Shown one piece after another: positions 1 to 12,299 of a stretch of 64,000 nt of DNA; the first letter of the stretch is position 1, and the number at the start of each line of letters is the position of its first letter. Location: the NCBI RefSeq assembly GCF_963921235.1, contig NC_086097.1, positions 7,130,001 through 7,194,000 on the forward strand, given 5' to 3'. The notes under the pieces are model-generated. The model ran no database searches. It was not told the origin of the DNA and saw only the letters and a program-made list of their open reading frames with translations. This stretch comes from Mobula hypostoma. Its lineage: Eukaryota. The position numbers were made by a program, and so were the translations under genes.

Positions 1-1408
1 GCATGAGTATTCACCCCCTTCAAGTCAGTATTTTGTAGATGCACCTTTGGTGGAAATAACAACCTTGAGACTGTGTGGATAGGTCTCTATCAGCTTTGCA
101 CATCTGGACGCTGCAATTTTTCCCATTCTTCTTTACAAAACTGTTCAGGCTCTGTCAGACAGCTTGGGGATCATGGATGAACAGCCTTTTTCAAATCCAG
201 CCACAAATTCTCAATTGGATTGAGGTCTGAATTTTGACTTAGCTACCGCAGGACATTAACTTTGAAGTTTTTAAGCCATTCTCCTGTAGCTTTAGCCTTA
301 TGCTTGGGGTCATTGTCTAGAAAACAAATCTCCCAAGTCACATTTTTCTTGCAGACTGCATCAGGCTTTCCTCCAGGATTTCCCTGTATTTTGCTGCATT
401 CTTTTTACTCTCAGCTTTCACAAGCCTTCCAGGGACTGTTGCAGTGAAGCATCCCCACAGCATGATGCAGCCAACACAGTGCTTCATGGAAGGGATGGTG
501 TGTTTTTGATGATGTTCAGTTTTTGGCTTACACCAAACATAGCCTTTAGTCTGATGGCCAAAGAGCTCAATTTTGGTTTCAACAGACCATAGAACCTTCT
601 TCCAGCTGATTTCAGAGTCTCCCACATGCCTTCTGGCAAGCTCTAGCTGAGATTTCATGTGAGCTTTTTTCAAAGGTGGCTTTGTTTTTGCCACTGTTCC
701 ATAAGGCACCGACTGGTGAAACAGCTGGGCAACCTTTGTCGTATGTGCAGTTGTTCGAATCTCAGCCACTGAAGCTTGTAACTCCTCCAGAATTGTCATA
801 TTGTTTTTGTGGCCTCCCTCACTAGTGTCCTTCTTGCAAGGTTTTTGAGGACCACCTGCTCTGGGCAGATTTACAGCTGTGTCATATTCTTTCCATTTCT
901 TGATGATTGACTTAACTGTACTCCAAGAGATATTCAGTGACTTGGAAATTTTTTTGTATCTATCTCCTGACTTGTGCTTTTCAATAACCTTTTCACAGAG
1001 TTGCTTGGAGTTTTCTTTTGTTTTCATAGTGCAGTTTTTGCTAGGGTACTGACCGACCAGCAGCTGGACCTTCCAGATACCTGTGTATTTTTACTACAAT
1101 CGATTGAAACACCTTGATCGCACTTACTGATCTCCATTTACCTAATTATGTGACTTCTCAAACCAGTGATGATTTGGTGTGTCATATTAAAGGGGGTGAA
1201 TACTTATGCAATCAATTATTTTGTGTTTTATATTTATAATTAATTTAGATCACTTTGTACAGATTTATTTTCACTTTAACATGAAAGAGTCTTTTTCTGT
1301 TTAGTGTCAAAAAAGCCAAATTAAATCCATTGTGATTCAATGTTGTAAAACAATAGAACATGAAAACTTCCAGGGGGGTGGGGAAGGTGAATATTTTTAT
1401 AGGCACTG
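1..1408 (-). mobile_element. Tc1/mariner DNA transposon (IR/DR type), defective; left TIR runs off the window
   Basis: Transposase ORF 338..1027(-) has the Tc1 HTH region and WSVETKIELF / MLWGCF motifs. The remainder is frameshifted (DNDPKH...SDLNPIENLW near 190-320). 1-18 GCATGAGTATTCACCCCC is the inverted copy of 1192-1209. The outer repeat ends ...GGCACTG at 1408. Confidence 0.92.
338..1027 (-). pseudogene. Tc1-like DD34E transposase, truncated by stop/frameshift; first catalytic Asp replaced (WSVETK)
   Basis: Translated ORF track; the canonical motif is WSDETK. Confidence 0.88.
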
Positions 1409-2179
1409 TGAATAAATTTGGAGTGGTGGCAGGGGAGGAGGTGGAGTGAAACTGGTAAACAATCATCTTTGAAAGAAATCAAGGTGAGATGTTTGTCCAA
1501 AAACAAGAACACCTTAAGGTTTTACATAGACATGTTTGCATAGCAAATAGGACAAAATGGAGAATTCTTATGACCAGCAGACCATGCATTAAATTCAGTA
1601 TAGATTCTCCAACTGGCTGTGAAAGGCAAATTGCCTCGCAATTAGATTCTAGCAGCTTAATAACAGAGGTTTCAAAGGCCTGATCACCAGCAGGCATATT
1701 AGATTACCAGTAGTACTGTTGTGACAGTTGCTATGTATAGGGGGATGTTTTCATAGAGGCAGGAAGCTATCAAAGACAAAACTGCTCTCCTGTTTTTTGT
1801 CAGGCGAAATCTGACTCAGCATAAAAGAATAAAGCAGGAATTATTGATCTCATCTGCAGATGGCACAGGAATTTCTAATTTTGTTCTTCTATTGACTTAT
1901 CATCAGCTTTTCTGAGAGATAACATCTCACTGCTTTGAGTAGATTTCAGTATTGTCTGCACTCTGAGTGGTCAAACCAGTTCAGTCTGAACCTGCTTCAT
2001 TCTTATAAAAACATTTAAAATGCAGCTTGCACAAATATTCCCTTGAAGGCTGTGTGTAGGGGCGATATTATTCCCTAAAAGGATGAGCAGCATTCTATAT
2101 CTCCTGTCAATCAAACCGAACGCTCAGATTCCTCTGACTGACCAAGAATAAACTTAGTTAATATGAAACTGTATTCGGT

Positions 2180-2708
2180 ATGGTGTTTGTCCATTGTATC
2201 CAATGATGACAGGAAATCTGTGCAGCAGAGGTTTTAAACTAGGAAAACCATTGCACTGGGGCAATTTCACTCTCTCAATCTTGGAAGTCCAGGTCCAGAG
2301 GTACAAACAAGTGTCACAAACTGGAGTCTTCTTAGGTTGCAGTGGATGACCATGAGGTCTTCTATTCCTTGTCATGTCCTTTGCTCCCGCACAGTATTGC
2401 AGAACTGTTTTCCTGGCCGTTGGATCTCGCTGTAGATCTCATTCTCTGAGTCCACCAGAGCTGACTTCACATGCTAGGACAGGCATGTCCCTATCTTACC
2501 GGGGTACGATACATGCTGGTTACCCTCACCTGGTTTGATCTGGCTGTTGGGGTTCTGTTCTGGGGTGTAGCTGTTGTCACATGCAAACAGCTACTTGGAG
2601 CCACAGGTGAGAGCTGAGTATACGGTGGGGACCAAAGGTGAGCCAGCTGCTTCAGTTTGGACATGACAAGCCCCTACATCAGAGGCACTACCCCTCCCCG
2701 AACACCCC
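2180..2708 (-). mobile_element. Older, diverged copy of the RTE-derived non-autonomous element at 9745-10310
   Basis: Shares blocks TACCCTCACCTGGTTT, GGGGTGT, CATGCAAACAGCTAC, GGAGCCACAGGTGAGAGCTGAGT, GGTGGGGACCAAAGGTG and terminal ACACCCC with 10115-10310. A similar tail lies near 2185-2210. Confidence 0.75.
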
Positions 2709-2759
2709 AAGAACATAAGCAAATTACAGCCCACGGAGGCTGGAAAGAATCAGAATCCG

Positions 2760-5700
2760 GGGGATGGGAACCAGTATGACAGAGCTGAGGATGAATCAGC
2801 AGGTTTACAAGTAGATGATGGGTGTAACATGAATGTAAGGAAGGGCAAGCCAATGACTGGATATAAATGCAGACAGAGCAAAGAGTTAAATTGTACCAGA
2901 GAGCCAAAATTCAAAAGGGCAACAAATGCTGAACTGTAGGTGCTGTATTTAAATGCACATGGCATTTGGAATAAGGTGGAAGAACTCGTGGCGTAATTAG
3001 AGATTGGTCGGTATGACATTGTGGGCATCACTGAGTCGTGGCTGAAAGAAGGCCATAGATGGGAACTTAACATCAAAGGATATACTTTGTATCGAGAGGA
3101 CAAGAAGGAAGGCATAGGTGGTGGAATGGCTCTTTTGGTAAGAAATGGAATTACAGCATATCTTTAGAAATAGGTGACAGAGGCTCACTGTAGGCTTTCT
3201 ATTATGGGAATCATATATAGGCCTCCAAATAGTAGCCAAGATGTGGGGCTCAGATTGCAAAAGGAGCTGGAAAAGGCTCAGATTGCAAAAGGAGCTGAAT
3301 AAGGGTAATTGTAATGGGGGACTTCACCAACCTTTGAGAGGTTTTTCATGACTAGACTGAACTCCTGCCTAAGCAAGGACCTAGATCCATTGCAATTCAC
3401 CTATCACCACAATAGGTCAATGGTAGATACAATCTCGATAGCTCTTCACACGGCTTTAGACCACCTGGACAACACCAACACCTATGACAGGATGCTGTCC
3501 ATCAACTATAGTTCAGTATTTAAAACCATCATTCCCACCATCCTGATTGAGAAGTGGCAGAACTTGGGCCTCTGTACCTCCCTCCGCAACTAAATCCTCG
3601 ACTTCCTAACTGGAAGAGCACAATCTGTGCAGATTAGTGATAACATCTTCTCCTTGCTGACAATCAGCTCTGGTGCACCTCAGGGGTGTGTGCTTAGCCC
3701 ACTGCTCTACTTTCTATATACCTATGACTGTGTGGCTAGGCATAGCTAAATACCATCTACAAATTTGCTGTTGACACAACCATTGCTGGTAGAACCTCAA
3801 GTGGAGACGAGAGGGCGTACAGGAGCAAAATATGCCAACTAGTGGAGTTGTGTCGCAGCAACAAACTGGCACTAAACATCAATAAGACAAAAGAACTGAT
3901 TGTGGACTTCCAGAAGGGTAAGATGAGGGAACACATACCAATCCTCATAAAGGGATCAGAAGTGGAGAGAGTGAACAGTTTCAAGTTCCTGGGTGTCAAG
4001 ATCTCTGAGAATCTAACCTGGTCCCAAGATATCGATGCAGTTATAAAGAAGACAAGACAGCGGCCATACTTCATTAGGAGTTTGAAGAGATTTGGTATGT
4101 CAACAAATACATACAAAAACTTTTATAGATGTACTGTGGAGTACATTCTGACAGGTGCATCACTGCCTGGTATGGAGGGGGTGGGGGAGGTGGCTACTGC
4201 ACAGCACCGATAGAAACTGCAGAGGATTGTAAATATATTCGGCTCCATCTTGGGTACTAGCCTACAAAGCACCCAGGACACCCTGAAGGAGCAGTGTCTC
4301 AGAAAGGCAGCGTCCATTATTAAGGACCTCACTTTATTAATATATATTATTTCATTATTTCTGTTTTTTTGCACAATTGTTAATCTATTCAAAATACATA
4401 TACTGTAATTGATTTACTTGTTTTTTTTCTTCTATATTATGTATTGCATTGAACTGCTGCTGCTAAGTTAACAAATTTCACGTCACATGCTGAGGATAAT
4501 AAACCTGATTCTGATTCTGATTCTGAAATGCAAGGGGTTTGGGAAAATTAGATTGATGTCGGATCACAGGAGAGGTAATTTTTTGAGTGCCCACGAAATG
4601 GTTTTTTAGAGCAGCTTGTGCCTACTCCTGGAAAGGCTGTCTTTGACTGGGTCTTATGTAATAACCCAAATCTTATTAGAGAGCTTAATGTAAGGGAACC
4701 CTTAGGAGGAAGTGATCATAATATGATTGAATTCATACTGTCATTTGGGAGGGAAAAGCATAACTCACATGGATCAGTGTCACAATGGAATAAAGGGAAT
4801 TACAGAGGCATGATAGAGGAGCTTGCCCAGGTGAATTGGAGGGGAACACTGGCGGGGATGATGGCAGAGCAGAGATGGCTGAAGTTTCTGGGAATATTTC
4901 ACAAGGCACAGGATAGATATGTCCCACAGAGGAAGAAGTTCTCAAATGGCAGGGATAGGCAACCGTGGCTGACAAAGGAAGTTGATTCCATAAAAGCCAA
5001 GGAAAGGACATATAAAGTAAATGTGAGTGGGAAGTTGGATGATTGGGAAGTTTATAAAATCCAATTTTAAAAAGTATATGAAGGGAAAAGATGAAATATG
5101 AGGGCAGACATGCCATTAATATAAAGCAGGTTACTAAAAGTTTTTTTAGTTTAATGATGAGTAAAAGGGAGGTGAGAGTTGATTTTGGACCACTGGAAAA
5201 TGATGCTGGTGAGGTAGTAATGAGGGACAAAGAAATGCAGATGAACTTAATGGGTACTCTGCATCAGCCTTCACTGTGGAAGACACTAACAGTATGCCAG
5301 AGCTCTGTGAGTGTCAGGGAGCAGAAGTGAGAGCCATTGGTATTACAAAGGAAAAAGTGCCAGGTAAACTCAAAGGTCTTAAGGTGGATAAGGCATCTGG
5401 GCCATACGGACAACATCCCAGAGTTCTGAGAGAGGTTTCTTAAGAGACAGCGATGCATTAGTCATGATCTTTCAATACTCATTTGACTCTGGCATGGTCC
5501 GAGAGGAGTGGAAGATTGCAATTGTCAATCCACCCTTTAAGAAGGGAGGAAGACAAAAGAAAGGAAATTATAGGCCAGTTAGCCTCACCTCAGTGATAGG
5601 ACAATTGTTGGAGACTCTTATTAAGGATGAAGTTTTGGTGTACTTGGAGACTAATGATAAAGTAAGTCAAAGCCAGCATGATTTCTGTAATGGGAAATCT

Positions 5701-5767
5701 TGCCTGGCAAATCTGTCAGAGTTCTTCGAGGAAGTAACAAGCAGGGTAGACAAAGGAGAGGCAGTGT
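2760..5767 (+). mobile_element. Degenerate CR1 LINE ORF2 (APE endonuclease to early RT), interrupted by a Rex1-like LINE at 3327-4526
   Basis: GITESW, MGDF, GSDHNMIEF, GNYRPVSLTS and GKSCL motifs in several frames. The CR1 resumes after the inserted element's tail. A 28-bp tandem duplication lies at 3247-3297. Confidence 0.88.
3327..4526 (+). mobile_element. Rex1/Babar-like LINE, 5'-truncated RT and 3' UTR
   Basis: [18 protein letters not shown], LNINKTKELIVDF and FKFLGVKISENLTW motifs; AATAAA followed by a (CTGATT)n tail ending near 4526. Confidence 0.85.
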
Positions 5768-6407
5768 ATGTCCATGAAAGTGGAAAAAGTCCTTGGAAGT
5801 GAGTCCATAGGTTGAGGGAACATTTCAGTGATGGGGCAAGTGGAGTTGAGTGAAGTTATCCCCTTTGGTTCACGAGCCTGATGGTTGAGGGTAATAACTG
5901 TTCCTGAACCCGTTGATGTAAGTCCTGAGGCTCCTGTACTTCCTTCCTGGTGGCAGCATCAAGAAGAGAGCATGACCTGCATGGAAGGAGTCTCTGATGA
6001 TGGATGCTACTTTCCCTCAAGGGTGCTCCAAATAGAAGTGCTCAATGGTGTTGAGAGCTTGACTTGAACTTGAATTTAAACAGGTAATATTTGTGGAAGA
6101 ATCTTTGTGAATTAATGTCAGATCAGGACAAGAGGTTTGGATGCAGTGATCCCAGCCAGCAGATTCAGCATAATTTCTCAGCTTCCATATTCCATATCCC
6201 CATAAATCCCAGGTACCCACATCCTTTGCTAACCACTCTGTCAAGCTGATCTACCACTTTCAGGGATTTATGCAAAAACACATCCAAGCCCTTCTGATCC
6301 TTCATGCCCTTTATAAAGTAATCTATGTTTTCTCTATGTATTCATTCTGTTACTTTTCTACATAAAACTTCATCTGCCAATTACCTATTCATGCAGCCTT
6401 TTAAATA

Positions 6408-7535
6408 TTATCATTATCATTATGTACTGTGTTGTGTGGCATGGGTGATCATTGTCCTTTCATGAGCATGATTATCCTTGGCAATTTTTTCAAAGGTCTC
6501 AAAGGTACATTTAATGTCAGAGAAATGTATACAGTATACATCCTGAAATTCTTCTTCTTCACAACCATACATGAAAACAGAAGAGTACCCCAAAAGATGA
6601 ATGTCAGTTAAATGTTAGAACCCTAAAGCCCCCCCAGCTCCCTCCTCCCACGTGTAAGCAACAGCAAAGCAACAATCCTCCCTTCCCCACTGCAAAAAAA
6701 GCATCGGCACCCCCCCCCCACTGAGCACTCAAATGTGCAATAAACCATCAATAAAGACACCGACTTGCAGTACCCCAAAGACTACTCGTTCACCCGGTAA
6801 TTTGACTTACCAAAGGGTCTCTTTCTTGATAATAAGGGAAAAAGAGGTATCTCCATTTCACAGTGGGAGGGGAGATATAACAATATGACTCACTGATTTA
6901 AGATGTTAAAAGTCTGTTGTGTCGCTTTTTCCAAGCTCTGTGCCCAAAGAACTCGGGTCTCTGGCACACAGCCAGAGATCTTCTGTCTCCCACAACACAC
7001 CAATTTCCTGCAGAGGCCCCGACTTCAAGTCCGCTCACCTCCAGAGCCACGAAATCCGAAGGCGAGCTAATCTCTTAGGCTGAGCCCTTGGTATATCGAA
7101 TAACAGCCGGTCGTGAGACCCCGAGAACGGTTCCCATTCCCGCAAAGAATCGAAGCCAGCATGTAACTCCAAGTCAGGGTCTTCAAAAGAACCCTGAAGG
7201 GGGAAAATAAAGATATTAAAGATAGAAATAGAGCTGTTTCCGAAGATTGTCTCCTAAGCTCCACCCCCTTTCTACAGAACTGGTTTGCCATTGTCTTCTT
7301 CTGGGCAGTATCTTTACAAGACGGGTGACCCCGACCATTATCAATACTCTTCAGAGATTGTCTGCCTGGCATCAGTGGTCACATGACCTAGACTTGTGAT
7401 ATGTACCAGCTATTCATATGACCATCAACCACCTTCTCCCATGGCTACACCTTGCCCAAAAGTGATTTGCAGACTAACGAAGGGAAGAAGCGCCTCACAC
7501 CTCCTTTGGAAGAGATGTATCCCCACCCTGCCACC
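6408..7535 (-). mobile_element. RTE-derived SINE-like element (same family as 53842-54240), split by another repeat at about 6490-7268
   Basis: 7270-7535 is the reverse complement of much of 53847-54165 (GAAGAAG[A/G]CAAT[G/A]GCAAA, a Bov-A/Sauria-SINE-like block). The 3' part resumes at 6408-6490. Confidence 0.75.
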
Positions 7536-7544
7536 TAACATTTA

Positions 7545-9156
7545 CAGTCGTGCTAGAAAGTGTGTGAAACCTGTAGAATTTTCCTTATCGCTGCATAAAT
7601 ATCACCAAAATTATGATCAGATCTTCACACATGTCCTAAACTAGATAAAGAGAACCCGATCAAATAAATAACACAAAATATTCTACTTGTTCATTTATTT
7701 ACTGAGAAAAATGATCCAATATTACATGTATTTGTTGAAAAAAGTATGCAAACCCCTGGGGTAATGCCTTCTACAAAAGCTATCTGGCATCAAGTGTTTC
7801 AATCAATGCAATGAGATTGGTGGTGTGGGTTGTAGATGTGCCCTGCCCTATAAAAAAAGACACACTAGGGCAGGTGACTGATAGAGCCTGCGCTTCTCAG
7901 GAAAGATCTGTTTATGTGCACCGTGCTTTGATCAGAACAAGTTTTAGAGGACTTTAGAAGAATTGTAGAGATGCATGAAGCAGGAAAAGGCTACTGAAGC
8001 TTTTCTGAAGACCTGAGTGTTCATCAGCCCACAGTAAGAGAAATTGTCTGCAAACAGAGGAAACTCAGTACTGTTGCTGCTCTCCCTAGGAGTGGGCATC
8101 CTACCAAGATTGCATTAAGAGCACAACATGCAATGCTGAAGGAGGTGAAAAAGAATCCACAGGTAACAAGCAAAAGACCTGCAGAAATCATTAGAACTTT
8201 CTAAAGTCTCTGCTCATGTGTCCACTACAAGAAAAACACTGAGCAAGAATGGTGTTCAGGGAAGGACACTACGGAGGAAACCACTGCTCTCAAAAAAAAA
8301 CATTGCTGCACGTCTCAAGTTTGCAAAAGACCCACCTGGATGTTCTACAACTCTTCTGTGATAATGTTTCATGGACAGATGAGACAAAAGTTGAACTTTT
8401 TGGCAGAAATGTAGGTTGCTATGTTTTGAGGAAGAAGGGCACCGCACATTAACAGCAAAACCTCATTGCGACTGTGAAGCACGGTGGAAGGAGCATCATG
8501 GTTTGGGGCTGCTTTGCTGTCTCGGGGCCTGGACAGCTTGCAATCACTGAGGGAACAGTGAATTCAAAATTGCATCAGGATATTTTACAGGAGAATGTCA
8601 GGGTCGTACTCCATCACCTGAAGCTTAATACAAGTTGGTTGATGCAACGAAACAATGATCCAAAAGACAAAAGTAAATCAACAGCAGAATCGTTTAAAAA
8701 GAAGAGAATTTGTGTTTTGGAATGGCCAAGTCAAAGTCCTGGCCTTAATCCTGTAGAAATGTTGTGGAAACCCTGAAGCAAGCAGGTCCTGCAGGAAGTT
8801 CACCGACATCCCAGAGCTGAAACAGTTTTGTAAGGAGGAATGGTCTAAAATTCTCCCAAGCTGGCGAACAGGACTGATCACCAGTTACTGGAACCGTATG
8901 GTTGAAGTTATTTCTGTACAAGGCGTCACACCATTTACTGAAAACAAAAGTTCACATACTTTTTCCAAGAAATACATGCAATTTTGGATAATTTTTCTCA
9001 ATAAATAAACAAATGAGCAAGTATAATGTTTTGTCTCATTTATTTAATTAGATTCGCTTTATTTAATTTTAAGGCTTACTTAGATCTCAGTTTAGGTCAT
9101 ATTTATCCAGAAACAGAGACAATTCTACAGGGTTCATAAACTTTCTAGCACCACTG
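7545..9156 (+). mobile_element. Full-length (1612 bp) but decayed Tc1 transposon with about 210-bp TIRs and TA target duplication
   Basis: TA|CAGTCGTGCTAGAAAG...CTTTCTAGCACCACTG|TA. The frameshifted transposase (about 7920-8940) has WTDETKVELF, KHGGRSIMVWGCF, NNDPK and WPSQSPGLNPVE. Confidence 0.93.
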
Positions 9157-9179
9157 TAAATATAACAGTTTAACTCATC

Positions 9180-9525
9180 AGACCATCAGAACATCAGATA
9201 TAGGAACAGAATTAAAATATTTGGCCCATCAAGTGCGCTTTGCCAATTTTCATGGCTGATCCGTTTTCACTCTCAGCCTCAGTCTGCTGCCTTCTCCCTG
9301 TATTCCTTCAGGGACTAATCAAGAAACTATCAACCACTACCATAAATATACCCAATGAATGGCCTCCACAGCCACCTGAGGCAACAAATTCCACAGATTC
9401 ACCAATAAATTCCTCCCGATCTCTATTCTAAAAGGACACCTTTCTATTCTGGGCCTCTGTCCTCAGGTCCTAAGCTCCCCCCACGAGAGGAAACATCCTT
9501 TCCACATTCACTCTATCACAGTCTT
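9180..9525 (-). mobile_element. Old CR1 3' fragment
   Basis: Reverse complement of the CR1 ORF2 C-terminus (NLWN motif: ATTCCACAGATTCACC) and 3' UTR. Confidence 0.7.
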
Positions 9526-9744
9526 ACATTAGTTATTGCAGTTACCTGCTTCAAACTTAGAACATAGATCAGTACAGCACAGCACATGAACCAGGCTTTT
9601 GGCCCACAATGTTGTGCTGAACTAATTAAATTAGTAATCAAATGGCTAATTAAAATAATCTCTTCTGCCAAAACAATGTCTATATCTCCTTATTTTCCTC
9701 ACATTTATGTGCCTATGTAAACACCTCTTAAAAGTCTTTAATGT

Positions 9745-10310
9745 TGTTGTTGTTCATCCATCGTTGACATCGATGAGGACCTGGACACCATTATGATGGT
9801 GCCAAGACTAGCGCGTGATCTGGATTTAAGTGAGGGAGAGTTGCGCAGCGTCAGCCTGACTCTCTCTTCCCAATTCCCATCTGGATCCAGTGGCAAGACA
9901 GAGTCTAGACGGCTGGAGATGGGACTAGGCGCAGTGGATGACTGGGACATCTTCTGTGTCTTGTCCTGCTCTACACGTTCCACGACGCTTGCAGAGACCG
10001 CCTTCTTGACCGTTGGACCTTCCATAGGTCTCGTCCGCTCAATCCGCCGGAGTCTGTCTTCACATGCTGGGATAGACAACTCCCTATCTCACCGAGGGTT
10101 TGAGACCCGTCGGCTACCCTCACCTGGTTTAGCCGGCTTGTCGAAGCCGTTGCCCGGGGTGTGGCCGCTGTCGCATGCAAACAGCTACGGGGAGCCACAG
10201 GTGAGAGCTGAGTGCCAGGTGGGGACCAAAGGTGGACTAACCACCCTGAAAAGGATGCGACATGTTCCCCCACCAGAGGTGCTACCCCTCCCTGACACCC
10301 CATACACCCC
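9745..10310 (-). mobile_element. Non-autonomous RTE-derived bipartite retroelement (RTE-like 5' UTR + RTE-like 3' tail), relatively young
   Basis: (CAA)n tail; its 3' end resembles the RTE tail at 29761-29830. CpG-rich. Candidate TSD AATGT (9740-9744 and 10311-10315). No tRNA A/B box and no RT ORF. Confidence 0.8.
10117..10310 (-). ncRNA. Putative HDV-like self-cleaving ribozyme at the 5' end of the RTE-derived element
   Basis: Manual fold on the minus strand: P1 GGGGUGU/ACACCCC, P2 CUCUCACCUG/CAGGUGAGGG, P3 GGC/GCC, L3 UCCCCGU plus an inserted hairpin, P1.1 GG, GCAA, P4 CGGCUU/AAGCCG, J4/2 GCUAA. Confidence 0.72.
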
Positions 10311-10509
10311 AATGTACCTACTTGTTTTATAACAGCTTGTTTGGCAGAGTAAAGCCTGAAATATGAGTTCGTGTAAGGCTGGCCTGCTGTTACAGAGGAT
10401 GTAGCAGATATAATGAAAATGAAAGTTATTTTCATCTTCAGGCAGTCCAGAGGTGGGGTATGTGGTGATGAGGCTGCAATGACTTGAGTAGAAAGATGGT
10501 GGTCTTGTG

Positions 10510-10895
10510 TTACTATATATGGAGATAGGTATCCAAACTTATGAGGGATATAGATAGAGCAAATACAAGCAGGCATTTTCCACTGAGGTTGGGTGGGACT
10601 ACAACTAGAGGTCATGGGTTAAGGGAAAAAGGTGAAAAGCTTAAGGGGAACATGAGGGGAAACTTCTTCTCTCAGTGCTGTTAGAGTGTGGAAGGAGCTG
10701 ACAGTGTAAGTGGTGCATGAAAGCTTGCTCTCCACATTTAAGAGAAGTTGGGATAGGTACATGAATGGTAGGGGTATGGAAGGATATGGCCCAGTGCAGG
10801 TTAATGGGCATGGGCAGTTTAAGTGGCTTGGTGTGGACGAGATGGGCCACAGGGCCTATTTCTGTGCTGTACTTTTTATGATTCTGTGACTCTAT
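10510..10895 (+). mobile_element. CR1 3' fragment
   Basis: GAGGTCATGGGTTAAGG...GGGGAAACTTCTTCTCTCAG...GTGTGGAA encodes the CR1 C-terminus; tail TTCTGTGACTCTAT. Confidence 0.75.
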
Positions 10896-11059
10896 CTAAG
10901 AATGGGAACACACTTGCAAAGAGAAGGAAGGTGAGGAATGAAACTGGCACACGAGGAGAGCCAAGCAAACAAGTGAACACAGATGCATTTAATCAAATGA
11001 ACCGTTTCTTTCATTTTTATTAATGATAGTTCTTAGTATCTATTTTCTTTAAATGTTGT

Positions 11060-11262
11060 TTAGAGGTATAATGCACAACAACATGTCCCAGCCCAAAGTC
11101 TATGCCATCCAGTAACACTCACGTGACCAATTTCCCTGTAACCTGTATGTCTTTAGAATGTGGGATGAGAATGGGGAGAACATACAAACTCCTTACAGAC
11201 AGTGGCTGGATTTGAACCCGGGTCACCGGAATTGCAATAGCATTTTGCTAATCACTACACCT
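11060..11262 (-). mobile_element. tRNA-derived SINE (HE1/V-SINE-like), degenerate
   Basis: B-box-like GGGTTCAAATCC on the minus strand and the core TGTATGTTCTCCCC...CCACATTCTAAAGACATAC, shared with other copies in the window. Confidence 0.7.
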
Positions 11263-11788
11263 CCACTCCATCCCCAAATATGTACAGATTATTTTCCATT
11301 TATCTTAATCCATCTAATTTGATAAATCTATTAGATGAATCATGGGAAATGGGTGAAAAGTCTAGAAAATTCTAGAAAAAAGTATAGAAAAAGATGAATG
11401 GTTCTATTCAATTTAACCTTTCATTTTTGTTAAGTGTTAGGTCTTTATATATGAACAGATTTTTTTTCCATTTCCCTTAAATCATCTAATCGCTTTTCTC
11501 CCCCTTCAATTCATCCAGTGGAAGATGCAGTGATATTTGTGCTATAGTTCCTTTGAATTTGCTAGCTCTTTGATCTCTCAAACGATTTTACCCATCCAAA
11601 GCTGTGGAGTGGAACTTGACTAGGAGCCATCTTTGGGCATCTAATCAACCTCATATACCACAATCAGAAGGGCCAACGCTCACCTAAAGATGACCCTCAA
11701 GTTTCATCTGGATAATATGAGAGTGCTGTCAATGTGCATTGTTCCTCTGTAAGTCACTTACCCATCTGAAGAGAATATATTTTGTGAA

Positions 11789-11975
11789 AAAAAGTACAGT
11801 TGACATTTCAGGCCAAGATCCTTCAGCAGGACATAGCCAAAGGTCCTACTGAAGGGCCTTGGGCTGAAACGTTGGCTATGCTTTTTTTCCATAGATGCTG
11901 CCTGGACTGCTGAGTTCCTCCAGCATTTTGTGTGTGTTGCTTCGATTTCCAGCATCTGCAGCTTTTCTCTTGTTC
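11789..11975. mobile_element. Short head-to-head inverted Penelope-like pLTR pair with degenerate hammerhead motifs
   Basis: Minus motif at 11797-11832 and plus motif at 11843-11879; 12-bp TSD ATATTTTGTGAA (11777-11788 and 11976-11987). Confidence 0.8.
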
Positions 11976-12017
11976 ATATTTTGTGAAGTTTGTCTGTATT
12001 GCTGGCAAAAACACCTA

Positions 12018-12240
12018 AACGTAAGAGATTCTGCCAAAGCAGGAAATACAGAGTAACACACACAAAATGCTGGAGGAACACAACAAGTCAGGCAGCATCT
12101 ATAAAGAGGAATAAAGATTTTTGGGCCAAGACACTTCATCATGGTTTCAGTCCTGATGAAGGATCTCAGCCCAAAATGTCAACTCTTTATTCCTCTCCTA
12201 AGATGCTGCCTGACCTGTTGAGTTCCTCCAGCATTTTGTG
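12018..12240. mobile_element. Second inverted Penelope-like pLTR pair
   Basis: CACAAAATGCTGGAGGAAC...GTTCCTCCAGCATTTTGTG inverted arms; hammerhead-like CAGTC-CTGATGA...AAAA-TGTC at 12148-12185. Confidence 0.75.
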
Positions 12241-12299
12241 AGGCAAAGCTCCTGGTTGTAAATAATGAATATATCATTTGTTTACTGTGACAATAGTTT

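Noticed and set aside
9738..10615. Overlapping 113-214 aa ORFs on both strands
   Set aside because: No protein motifs; GC-rich non-coding retroelement, and one ORF runs across unrelated repeat boundaries.
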